Shown here: positions 19,005-26,885 of the stretch, in pieces | How positions within the stretch are numbered: position 1 is the first letter of the stretch | Layout of the letters: each line of letters starts with the position of its first letter | DNA from: Dyella sp. | Lineage (GTDB): Bacteria; Pseudomonadota; Gammaproteobacteria; Xanthomonadales; Rhodanobacteraceae | Length of the DNA: 64,000 nt | Direction: 5' to 3' | NCBI RefSeq assembly: GCF_035277725.1 | Contig: NZ_DATEJY010000222.1 | Location: 3,337 to 67,336 of the forward strand | Position numbers and translations under genes: made by a program | Notes under the pieces: model-generated | Told to the model about the DNA's origin: nothing | Database searches by the model: none | The model's input: only the letters and a program-made list of their open reading frames with translations

Positions 19005-19961
19005 ATGAACCCGAATTTCCTCGATTTCGAACAACCGATTGCCGAGCTGGAGGCCAAGATCGAGGAGCTGCGGCATGCCAGCTCCGGCCAAGCGTTCAAC
19101 ATCGACGAGGAAGTCGCCCGGCTGCGCGAGAAGCTCAAGCTGAAGACGGCGGATATCTTCCGCACCCTCACGCCCTGGCAGGTGACCCAGCTGTCGCGCC
19201 ACCCCGCGCGTCCCTACACGCTCGATTACATCGGCGTGATGTGCGAGGAATTCCACGAACTGGCCGGCGATCGTGCGTATGCCGACGATGCCGCCATCGT
19301 GGGCGGCCTGGGGCGCATCAACGGACGTTCGGTGATGATCATCGGTCATCAGAAAGCGCGTGATACCAAGGGCAAGGTGCGCCGCAACTTCGGCATGCCG
19401 CGACCGGAGGGTTATCGCAAGGCCCTTCGCCTGATGAAGATGGCTGAACGTTTCAACCTTCCGCTACTGACACTGATCGATACGCCCGGCGCCTATCCGG
19501 GTGTGGGCGCCGAAGAGCGCGGACAGAGCGAAGCCATCGCGCGCAACCTGCTGGAAATGGCCGAACTGAAAGTGCCGATCATCTGCACGGTGATCGGTGA
19601 AGGCGGCTCCGGCGGCGCGTTGGCGATCGGCGTGGGCGACAGCACGATCATGCTGCAATACTCGACCTATTCCGTGATTTCGCCCGAAGGTTGCGCCTCG
19701 ATTCTCTGGAAGAGCGCCGACAAGGCGAAGGATGCCGCTGAAGCCTTGGGCTTGATCGCACCACGCCTGCTGGAGCTCGGCCTGATCGACAAGGTGGTGC
19801 GCGAACCGCTAGGCGGTGCCCATCGCAATCCCCATTCGATGGCCGTACGCCTGAAAGCCGTGCTGCTCAACGAACTGGACCGGCTCGAAGGCATTCCCGC
19901 GCCGGAATTGCTCGAACAGCGTTATCGCCGCCTGCGCGATTACGGCGCCTATAACGAATAG
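19005..19961 (+). CDS. accA: acetyl-CoA carboxylase carboxyltransferase alpha subunit
   Basis: 318-aa [26 protein letters not shown]...[13 protein letters not shown]... collinear with AccA. Confidence 0.97.
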   Translation: MNPNFLDFEQPIAELEAKIEELRHASSGQAFNIDEEVARLREKLKLKTADIFRTLTPWQVTQLSRHPARPYTLDYIGVMCEEFHELAGDRAYADDAAIVGGLGRINGRSVMIIGHQKARDTKGKVRRNFGMPRPEGYRKALRLMKMAERFNLPLLTLIDTPGAYPGVGAEERGQSEAIARNLLEMAELKVPIICTVIGEGGSGGALAIGVGDSTIMLQYSTYSVISPEGCASILWKSADKAKDAAEALGLIAPRLLELGLIDKVVREPLGGAHRNPHSMAVRLKAVLLNELDRLEGIPAPELLEQRYRRLRDYGAYNE

Positions 19962-19972
19962 GTGCCTGCGCC

Positions 19973-20359
19973 ATGGCGGGTGTGCAAGGCATCGATCACG
20001 TCAACCTCAGCGCACCCGCCGAGCTGCTGGAACGGGTTCGCCATTTCTACGTCGAGATCATCGGCCTGCACGAAGGGCCTCGCCCCACGTTTCGCTCGGG
20101 TTCGCGCGGTTATTGGCTGTATGCCGGCGCCGAACCGATCATGCATCTGACCTCGCGCGGCAGAGGCGAGGCGTCGGCGCAAGACACCGGTTGGCTGGAC
20201 CATATCGCGTTTGCCTGCACCAATCTTCCCGCCATGCGGGCCAAGCTCGACGCAGCCGGTGTTGCCTATCGCATCGACGTGGTGGACATGCCGCCGCAAG
20301 TGCAGCTGTTTCTCACCGATCCGGCCGGCGTCGGCGTGGAACTCAATTTCCGCGGCTGA
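19973..20359 (+). CDS. VOC (glyoxalase/bleomycin resistance/dioxygenase) family protein
   Basis: 128-aa ORF, IDHVNLSAP...HIAFAC...VELNF pattern of the paired beta-alpha-beta-beta-beta fold. It occupies the slot of yaeR between accA and tilS in E. coli. Confidence 0.85.
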   Translation: MAGVQGIDHVNLSAPAELLERVRHFYVEIIGLHEGPRPTFRSGSRGYWLYAGAEPIMHLTSRGRGEASAQDTGWLDHIAFACTNLPAMRAKLDAAGVAYRIDVVDMPPQVQLFLTDPAGVGVELNFRG

Positions 20360-20360
20360 C

Positions 20361-20438
20361 GTAGGTTGGGGTGAGGCGCAGCCGAACCCCAACATGGCGT
20401 GCAGCGTCCGGAACGTTGGGGTTCGCACCCCAACCTAC
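20361..20438. repeat. GTAG-bounded REP pair
   Basis: GTAGGTTGGGGTGAGGCGCAGCCGAACCCCAACAT...AACGTTGGGGTTCGCACCCCAACCTAC, two head-to-head palindromic units. Confidence 0.85.
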
Positions 20439-20505
20439 GTGGCCGTTGCCGATCACGCCCCTTTGCTGAAGAATCCCTCCGGGGTTCCAGACAAGCGAAG
20501 CTTCC

Positions 20506-22041
20506 ATGCAGGCTCTTTCCGTTTTGCGCCGCGCGATCGCGACGGCGACCATCATTTTTGCGGCTCAACTTTCGGCGCAGGCACTACCCACACGTAGCGA
20601 TACCGCCGAGGCACGCACCGCCAAAGCATTTGAAAGCGCGCGCCAGCAAGGTCCATTGGCCCTGCATGCTTTCCTTGCCGAGATGCCCAAGGGCGGCGAC
20701 TTGCACAACCATCTGAGCGGCGCGGTCTATGCAGAATCGTGGATCGCCGACGCAGCCGCCGATGGGCTATGCGTGGATATCGCCACCTCAAGCCTGGTCG
20801 ACAAGAACGATGCGAGTGCACCCCATTGCGGAACCGGCCAACGTCCCGCGGCTGATGCACTAAACGATCAGCACTTCTACGACACCTTGGTCGATGCGTT
20901 TTCCATGCGCAGCTTCGTGCCCTCCGCCGGTCGTTCTGGCCACGATCAATTCTTCGATACGTTCGGCCGCTTCCAGGCGGTGACGCCGCAGCAGCACATG
21001 GGCGACTGGCTCAACGAAGTGAGCTCACGCGCCGCCGCGCAAAACGAGCAATACCTCGAATTGATGGTGACACCGCCTTTCGCGCATGCCAAGGAACTGG
21101 CACGGACATTAGGCTGGCAGGCCGACTTCGACACCCTGCGCAAGCAGTTGCTTGAGCAGGGCTTGAAAGACGAAATACCCACCGATGAGCGACTGCTCTC
21201 GCAAGCATTAGCCGAACGCACACGCCAGCAACATTGCGACGATGCCAAACCCGACGCTGCGTGCAGCGTGCAGATCCGCTTCCTCTACCAGGTATTGCGC
21301 GGCGCGCCGCCCGAGCGCGTATTTGCGCAAACGCTGCTTGGTTTTGAGCTGGCCTCGGTCGATTCACGCTGGGTCGGCATCAATTTCGTGATGCCGGAAG
21401 ACGGCTATCTGTCGATGCGCGACTACAGCTTGCAGATGCGCATGCTCGATTATCTGCACCGCCTGTATCCCAAGGTGCATATCAGCCTGCATGCCGGCGA
21501 ACTGGCGCCTGGGCTGGTTCCGCCGGATGGCCTGCGCTTCCATATCCGAGAGGCGGTGAACCTCGGCCACGCCGAACGCATCGGCCACGGCGTGGATGTG
21601 ATGTACGAAGATCACCCGGAACAACTGCTGCAGGAGATGGCGGCACGCCACGTGATGGTGGAAATCAACCTGACCAGCAACGACGTGATTCTTGGCGTGC
21701 GCGGCGCCGATCATCCGCTGCCTATGTACATGAAATACGGCGTGCCGGTCGCACTATCCACCGACGACGAAGGCGTCTCGCGCATCGATCTCACTCACGA
21801 ATACGTACGCGCTGCCGAGGACTTCGGTCTGGATTATGCGACGCTCAAACAGATGGCGCGCAACAGCCTCACCTACAGCTTCCTGCCAGGTGACAGCCTG
21901 TGGAATGCCAGCGCGTGCCAAGGTCAGTCGTCCGCCAGCCACACCAGCACAGCTTGCCAACGATTCCTCGCCGCGAGTGAGAAAGCCAAGGCACAGTGGG
22001 AACTGGAGCGTCGCCTGCGCGTTTTTGAGGCAAGCCACTGA
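20506..22041 (+). CDS. secreted adenosine deaminase family protein
   Basis: Signal peptide MQALSVLRRAIATATIIFAAQLSAQA. Metal/catalytic motifs GDLHNHLSG, HISLHAGE, ERIGHGVD and ALSTDDEGVSR of the adenosine/AMP deaminase superfamily. Confidence 0.85.
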   Translation: MQALSVLRRAIATATIIFAAQLSAQALPTRSDTAEARTAKAFESARQQGPLALHAFLAEMPKGGDLHNHLSGAVYAESWIADAAADGLCVDIATSSLVDKNDASAPHCGTGQRPAADALNDQHFYDTLVDAFSMRSFVPSAGRSGHDQFFDTFGRFQAVTPQQHMGDWLNEVSSRAAAQNEQYLELMVTPPFAHAKELARTLGWQADFDTLRKQLLEQGLKDEIPTDERLLSQALAERTRQQHCDDAKPDAACSVQIRFLYQVLRGAPPERVFAQTLLGFELASVDSRWVGINFVMPEDGYLSMRDYSLQMRMLDYLHRLYPKVHISLHAGELAPGLVPPDGLRFHIREAVNLGHAERIGHGVDVMYEDHPEQLLQEMAARHVMVEINLTSNDVILGVRGADHPLPMYMKYGVPVALSTDDEGVSRIDLTHEYVRAAEDFGLDYATLKQMARNSLTYSFLPGDSLWNASACQGQSSASHTSTACQRFLAASEKAKAQWELERRLRVFEASH

Positions 22042-22144
22042 AGTACGCTGTTTGTGAAAACGGGGCCCGCTTTCTCATTCCTGACAGGCCGTGGCGCACG
22101 CATCGAGTGCGCTACCATCCAGGCGGGGTTCTCGGAGACATGCC

Positions 22145-22897
22145 ATGGCCAACGATCCAGCCGCCAAACTCGCCGTTCTGATCGATGCCGACAACACCCA
22201 GCCCGCCATCGCCGAAGGCCTGCTGGCCGAGGTCGCCAAGTACGGCACCGCCCACGTGAAGCGCGCCTACGGCGACTGGACCGGCCAGCAACTCAAGAGT
22301 TGGAAAGAGCAACTGCTGACGCAATCGATCCAGCCCATCCAGCAGTTCGGCTATACCAGCGGCAAGAACGCCACCGATTCGGCGATGATCATCGACGCCA
22401 TGGACCTGCTCTATTCCGGGCGCTTCGATGGCTTCTGCATTGTTTCCAGCGACAGCGATTTCACTCGGCTGGCAGCGCGCATTCGCGAGTCGGGACTGAT
22501 CGTCTATGGCTTTGGCGAGCGCAAGACACCCGGACCCTTCGTCGCCGCCTGCGACAAATTCATCTATACCGAGATTCTCACCGCCAAACCGGATGAGGAG
22601 CAGCCGCTCAAGCCACGCTCGCCTGCGCAGATGAAAAAGGACACCGCCCTGATCAATCTGCTGCGCAACAGTATTGATGCAGCCTCCGACGACGAGGGCT
22701 GGGCAGGCTTGGGTGGCGTCGGTTCGATCATCACCAAGCAGCGCCCGAACTTCGACTCGCGCAGCTACGGCTACGGCAAGCTGAGCGACCTGATCGCCGC
22801 CATTGACCTGTTCGAACTGGATCGGCGCAGCCCAGGCGAAGGGCGACCGAAAGCGATCTACGTGCGCAATAAACGGAAACCGGTGGCGCGTGACTAA
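22145..22897 (+). CDS. NYN (LabA-like PIN) domain protein with C-terminal OST-HTH/LOTUS domain
   Basis: MANDPAAKLAVLIDADN...KRAYGDW...GKNATDSAMIIDAMDLLY...GFCIVSSDSDFTRLAARIRESG..VYGFG is the NYN pattern. The C-terminal ~70 aa (GWAGLGGVGSIITKQRPNFDSRSYGYGKLSDLI) is OST-HTH-like. Confidence 0.85.
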   Translation: MANDPAAKLAVLIDADNTQPAIAEGLLAEVAKYGTAHVKRAYGDWTGQQLKSWKEQLLTQSIQPIQQFGYTSGKNATDSAMIIDAMDLLYSGRFDGFCIVSSDSDFTRLAARIRESGLIVYGFGERKTPGPFVAACDKFIYTEILTAKPDEEQPLKPRSPAQMKKDTALINLLRNSIDAASDDEGWAGLGGVGSIITKQRPNFDSRSYGYGKLSDLIAAIDLFELDRRSPGEGRPKAIYVRNKRKPVARD

Positions 22898-24194
22898 CGA
22901 CGCATCCTTGCAGCGCACACTGCAGCACGCGCTGCATAAACACCCGGAGGGCTCGCTCTGTGTCGCTTACAGTGGCGGTCCCGATTCCACCGCCCTGCTG
23001 CACATCTTGGCGCACCTGCCCGAAGCACGCGCACGCGGTTTGCGCGCCATGCATGTGGATCATGGATTGCATGAAGAAAGCGCGTGCTGGGCTGCGCATT
23101 GCCGCGCGTTCTGCGCCACGTTGGGAGTTGCATGCGAGGTGCACGTGGCCAAAGTGGATCGCGCCAGCGGCATCGGCCTGGAAGCGGCTGCACGGCAGGC
23201 GCGTTATGCGATCTTTGCCGAGTATCTGCAGGCGGATGAAAGGCTGGTATTCGGCCATCACCAGGACGATCAGGCAGAAACCGTGCTGCTGAAACTGCTG
23301 CGCGGCGCCGGGCCGGAAGGATTGGGCGGGATGCGTGCGGAACGTCCACTGGGACGCGGTACCGTATGGCGGCCGCTACTCGACATCCCGCGACAGGTGT
23401 TGCGTGACTACGTCGACGCGCATGATCTGCCTTGCATCCATGACCCATCCAACGATGACCGCCGACTTGCGCGCAATCATTTGCGCCACGAGATCCTGCC
23501 GTTGCTCAAAACGCATTGGCCGCAGGCGGCCATGTCCATCACGCATAGCGCCATGCTGTGCCGTGGTGCTGCCGACACGCTGCAACAGGATTGGCTGGCT
23601 GCGTTTGAAGATTTGCGTGACGACAGCACCAACAGCCTCGATGCACGAGGCTGGCTCGCTTTGCCACCTGCCCTGCGCGATCCACTGCTGGCGCACTGGC
23701 TACATGCGCAAGGCCTCACCGCACCCACCACGGCGCAACGTCGGCAGATCGAGCAACAGTGCACCGCGCAGGATGGCCAATTGCCATGCATCCGTTGGCC
23801 CGGCACGGAAGTGCACGTCTGGAAGCATCGCCTATGGGCGATGGCGCCACGCGATCGAACGCCATCGCAAAGGGACATGCCTTGGCTCGGCGAAACACTG
23901 CAGCTGCCCGATGGCGGCTTGCTGATGCTGGAACCTGATGCACGGCTTTCCGTCAGCCTGACGGTGCGTTGGCGCAGTGGCGGCGAACGCATCAAACCCG
24001 CAGGCGATCGCCACACGCGCGAGCTGCGTGCACTGTTTCAGAGCGGTGCGATTCCGCCGTGGCAGCGCGATGCCTGCCCCCTTCTGTATGAAGGCGATGA
24101 ACTCATTGCCGTGGCAGATCGCTGGTCAAGCGCACGCGCGGAAGCGATTTTCCATGAAGCAAAAGCCCGGCCGTGCTGGCGGCCGGGCTCTTGA
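22890..24194 (+). CDS. tilS: tRNA(Ile)-lysidine synthase
   Basis: PP-loop motif CVAYSGGPDSTALLH. The GTG start at 22890 overlaps the stop of the NYN gene (GTGACTAA). Collinear with TilS. Confidence 0.9.
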   Translation: MTNDASLQRTLQHALHKHPEGSLCVAYSGGPDSTALLHILAHLPEARARGLRAMHVDHGLHEESACWAAHCRAFCATLGVACEVHVAKVDRASGIGLEAAARQARYAIFAEYLQADERLVFGHHQDDQAETVLLKLLRGAGPEGLGGMRAERPLGRGTVWRPLLDIPRQVLRDYVDAHDLPCIHDPSNDDRRLARNHLRHEILPLLKTHWPQAAMSITHSAMLCRGAADTLQQDWLAAFEDLRDDSTNSLDARGWLALPPALRDPLLAHWLHAQGLTAPTTAQRRQIEQQCTAQDGQLPCIRWPGTEVHVWKHRLWAMAPRDRTPSQRDMPWLGETLQLPDGGLLMLEPDARLSVSLTVRWRSGGERIKPAGDRHTRELRALFQSGAIPPWQRDACPLLYEGDELIAVADRWSSARAEAIFHEAKARPCWRPGS

Positions 24195-24207
24195 TGGATG
24201 CATCCAC

Positions 24208-24230
24208 GTAGGCTGGGATGAAATCCCAGC
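24208..24230. repeat. single GTAG REP unit (CTGGGATGAAATCCCAG variant)
   Basis: GTAGGCTGGGATGAAATCCCAGC between convergent tilS and the MFS gene. The same unit occurs as a pair at 48712-48773. Confidence 0.8.
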
Positions 24231-24247
24231 ATCGGCGATCAAAACCG

Positions 24248-25528
24248 CTACTTGCTTTCCTGCGGCAACGGCGCAACCGCAGCAGCCGCGCCCATCACCC
24301 TGCGATTGACGAAATACATCATCACGAACGACGCCAGCGTGGTGAAGACCAGGATGTCACCCAGCACGTCGAAATGCAGCAGCCGTCCATTCGACAGCTG
24401 CACCACTACCATGCCACCGAGCAACGCGGCTAGGCCACCGGACATCTGCTGCAGGGACGAGCTGATCGACATATAAGCGCCCCGATCAGACGGCTTGGGT
24501 AGCGCGGACATCAATGCCGACGACGAAATGATGCGCGAGAAGATACCGATCTGCAGCAGCGCGCTCACCGTAATCAGCGTCCACAAGCCCACATTGGACA
24601 TCCGCGTGTAGATCACCACCATCACGATCGTCACCACGCAGCCAAAGGCAAATATGCGGAACTTGCCGAAGGCGTCGCTGGCCTTGCCGAGCAGCGGCCC
24701 CATCACCGCCGACACCAGGCCGGTGATCAGGTACACCACCGACAACATCGACATCGGAATGCCGAGGTTGTTGACGATAAACAAGGTGGAATACGGCATC
24801 AGCATGAAGCCGCCCATGGTCAGCAACGCCGTGGTGGCAAAGCCGATCAAATAAGAGCGCGTGGTCAAGGTATGCAGCAAGTGATGCAGCGGCTTCTTGT
24901 CCGGACGCAACGCCAGGTGCGCGTTGACCGGACGCAGGCGCCCAATGATCGCGCCACCCACCACGGTGCACACCGCCACGATCAGGAAGAACGGCGCATT
25001 CCAGCCCCAGTGGCTGGACAACCATAGACTCAACGGCAAACCCAACACCGTGCTCGCCGCAAACGCCGATTGGATGTAACCCATCACGCGTCCGCGCATG
25101 GACAGCGGAAACAGATCGGTAACGATAGCCATCGATGCCGCGCCAACGACACCCGCAAACAAGCCGGTAAACATGCGGGCCAGCAGCAGCAACACGTAGG
25201 TGTGGGCGAGCGCGCAGAACAAGGTGCCGAGCATGAAGCCGGCATAGAAAATCAGCAGCAGCCTTTTGCGGTCGAACCGATCGGCAAAGCCGGCGGCAAC
25301 GATGCCGGACACGCCCGCGGCAAAGGCATACGCCGAAACGACGTCGCCGAACTGCTCGGGCGTGATGTGCAAGGCCGGCACGACCAAAGCACCCAGCGGC
25401 GCCAGCAGCATGAAATCGAGCACGATGGTGAATTGCAGAAAAGCCAGCACGGCCACCACGAACTTCTGGTAGCCGGAAAAACCCATGCCGCCAGCTTCCG
25501 CGGCATGCGTTGGCGAAGGATTGGTCAC
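24248..25528 (-). CDS. MFS transporter
   Basis: 426-aa ORF with about 12 hydrophobic segments and the loop 2-3 motif GFADRFDRKRLLL typical of the major facilitator superfamily. Confidence 0.9.
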   Translation of the reverse strand: MTNPSPTHAAEAGGMGFSGYQKFVVAVLAFLQFTIVLDFMLLAPLGALVVPALHITPEQFGDVVSAYAFAAGVSGIVAAGFADRFDRKRLLLIFYAGFMLGTLFCALAHTYVLLLLARMFTGLFAGVVGAASMAIVTDLFPLSMRGRVMGYIQSAFAASTVLGLPLSLWLSSHWGWNAPFFLIVAVCTVVGGAIIGRLRPVNAHLALRPDKKPLHHLLHTLTTRSYLIGFATTALLTMGGFMLMPYSTLFIVNNLGIPMSMLSVVYLITGLVSAVMGPLLGKASDAFGKFRIFAFGCVVTIVMVVIYTRMSNVGLWTLITVSALLQIGIFSRIISSSALMSALPKPSDRGAYMSISSSLQQMSGGLAALLGGMVVVQLSNGRLLHFDVLGDILVFTTLASFVMMYFVNRRVMGAAAAVAPLPQESK

Positions 25529-25590
25529 AGTGACTCCTAGGAGCGAGCCTCTCCCGGCTTGCTCGGATGGGGGGATGACGCAGAGTACAG

Positions 25591-25606
25591 TTTCGATATA
25601 TCGAAA
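25591..25606. promoter_or_regulatory. perfect 16-bp palindrome in the divergent MFS/xseB promoter region (candidate operator)
   Basis: TTTCGATATATCGAAA, AT-rich in a GC-rich spacer, 63 nt upstream of the MFS start codon. Confidence 0.35.
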
Positions 25607-25742
25607 TCAAGCCTTTCGGGACAGGTCGAAACAGCGGACTGCCACAGCAACACGCATCGCTCCCATGCAAACGCCTGGCTGCATCACGCAGGCGTACTGC
25701 GGCGATTGATTCCGCCTCTTCGCTGCGTTAGCGTTGCCCGCC

Positions 25743-26000
25743 ATGGCCAAGCCCACTTCCGCCCCTGCTGAAACGACCTCGGTCGCCGACTTCGAGCATT
25801 CGCTCGACGAACTCGAACAACTGGTGGCGCGCATGGAAGGGGGCGAAATGAGCCTGGACGAATCGCTCAGCGCCTTCGAACGCGGCATCGGCCTTTATCG
25901 CCACTGCCAGCAGGCGCTCGACCAGGCCGAACTGCGCGTGCGGCTGCTGCTCGATCCGGACGCGCCAGAAAAAGCCGAGCCGTTCACGCCCGAAACCTGA
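25743..26000 (+). CDS. xseB: exodeoxyribonuclease VII small subunit
   Basis: [70 protein letters not shown]... is collinear with E. coli XseB. An in-frame TTG at 25734 is an alternative start. Confidence 0.92.
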   Translation: MAKPTSAPAETTSVADFEHSLDELEQLVARMEGGEMSLDESLSAFERGIGLYRHCQQALDQAELRVRLLLDPDAPEKAEPFTPET

Positions 26001-26003
26001 GCC

Positions 26004-26077
26004 GCAGGTTGGGATGCGAACCCCAACATTCCTTTCCTCGTCGACGTCGAAATGTTGGGGTTCGCACCCCAACCTAC
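26004..26077. repeat. GTAG-type REP pair (first copy)
   Basis: GCAGGTTGGGATGCGAACCCCAACAT-(24 nt)-ATGTTGGGGTTCGCACCCCAACCTAC, immediately after the xseB stop. Confidence 0.85.
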
Positions 26078-26081
26078 GGCT

Positions 26082-26263
26082 CTGAAACGACCCCGGTCGC
26101 CGACTTCGAACATTCGCTGGACGAACTCGAACAGCTGGTGGCGCGAGATGAGCCTGGACGAATCGCTCAGCGCCTTCGGACGCGGCATTGGCCTTTAGCA
26201 GGCGCTCGACCAGGCCGAACTGCGCGTGTGGCCGTTGCTCGATCCAAACGCACCGAACACGGC
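26082..26263 (+). pseudogene. decayed tandem duplicate of xseB
   Basis: Nucleotide-level copy of 25768-26000 that starts inside the gene with no start codon. It carries a 14-nt deletion (GCGCGCATGGAAGGGGGCGAAATGAGC becomes GCGCGAGATGAGC), a 12-nt deletion creating TAG (GGCCTTTATCGCCACTGCCAGCAGG becomes GGCCTTTAGCAGG) and a truncated 3' end. Confidence 0.8.
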
Positions 26264-26337
26264 GTAGGTTGGGGTGCGAACCCCAACATCCCTGTTCTCA
26301 TCGACATCGAAATGTTGGGGTTCGCACCCCAACCTAC
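26264..26337. repeat. GTAG-type REP pair (second copy)
   Basis: GTAGGTTGGGGTGCGAACCCCAACAT-(24 nt)-ATGTTGGGGTTCGCACCCCAACCTAC. Confidence 0.85.
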
Positions 26338-26343
26338 ATGCGG

Positions 26344-26775
26344 CTATTTGATCAGGCGCAACGCGAACGGATAGCGATAACGCACGCCTTCGTTGGCTTT
26401 GACGCCGGCAATGATGGTCAGCACCAGCCAGCCAATGCCGATGATCACCCACAGCGGAATCGCAATGATCAAGCCGATACCGAACGTGATGGCCGAGAGC
26501 ACCAACAGCACCAGGCTGGCAATCGCCACGGAGATGTTGAAGTTCAACGCTTCCTTGGCCTGATCGGCAACGAAAGGCATGGTGTCTTTCTTCACCAGCC
26601 AGATCACCAGTGGGCCGATGAAGCAGCCCCAGCCGGCGCCGAGCGAAGCGGTAAGCAAGGCACCCAGCAAGGCCGACAGATGCGCGAACATCGCCCAGGT
26701 GCGCTCTTCGGCAGGAATATCACCGATGTGCTCGCTCGGTGGAGGCGGTACAACGGACTCGGGCGGAACGCTCAT
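26344..26775 (-). CDS. DUF4870-like small membrane protein
   Basis: Pro-rich N-terminus then TM helices. ERTWAMFAHLSALLG, KEALNFNIS and a C-terminal ANEGVRYRYPFALRLI resemble the DUF4870 pattern. AAGGAG lies 6 nt before the ATG at 26775. Confidence 0.75.
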   Translation of the reverse strand: MSVPPESVVPPPPSEHIGDIPAEERTWAMFAHLSALLGALLTASLGAGWGCFIGPLVIWLVKKDTMPFVADQAKEALNFNISVAIASLVLLVLSAITFGIGLIIAIPLWVIIGIGWLVLTIIAGVKANEGVRYRYPFALRLIK

Positions 26776-26885
26776 AAGCATCTCCTTTCAAGTCGTGCAA
26801 AACACCGGCGCATGCCGGTGAAAAGCATCCTAGCAGGGTGCGCAGGAACTTGCTGCGCAGCTTTTGGCCTAGGCATTTTGGTGGG

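Noticed and set aside
25990-26340. Repeat-spacer-repeat look of the two REP pairs, considered as a possible CRISPR array
   Set aside because: There are only two repeat blocks. Each is itself a palindromic pair, and the intervening sequence is a copy of xseB. No cas genes are present. It is a tandem duplication, not a CRISPR array.
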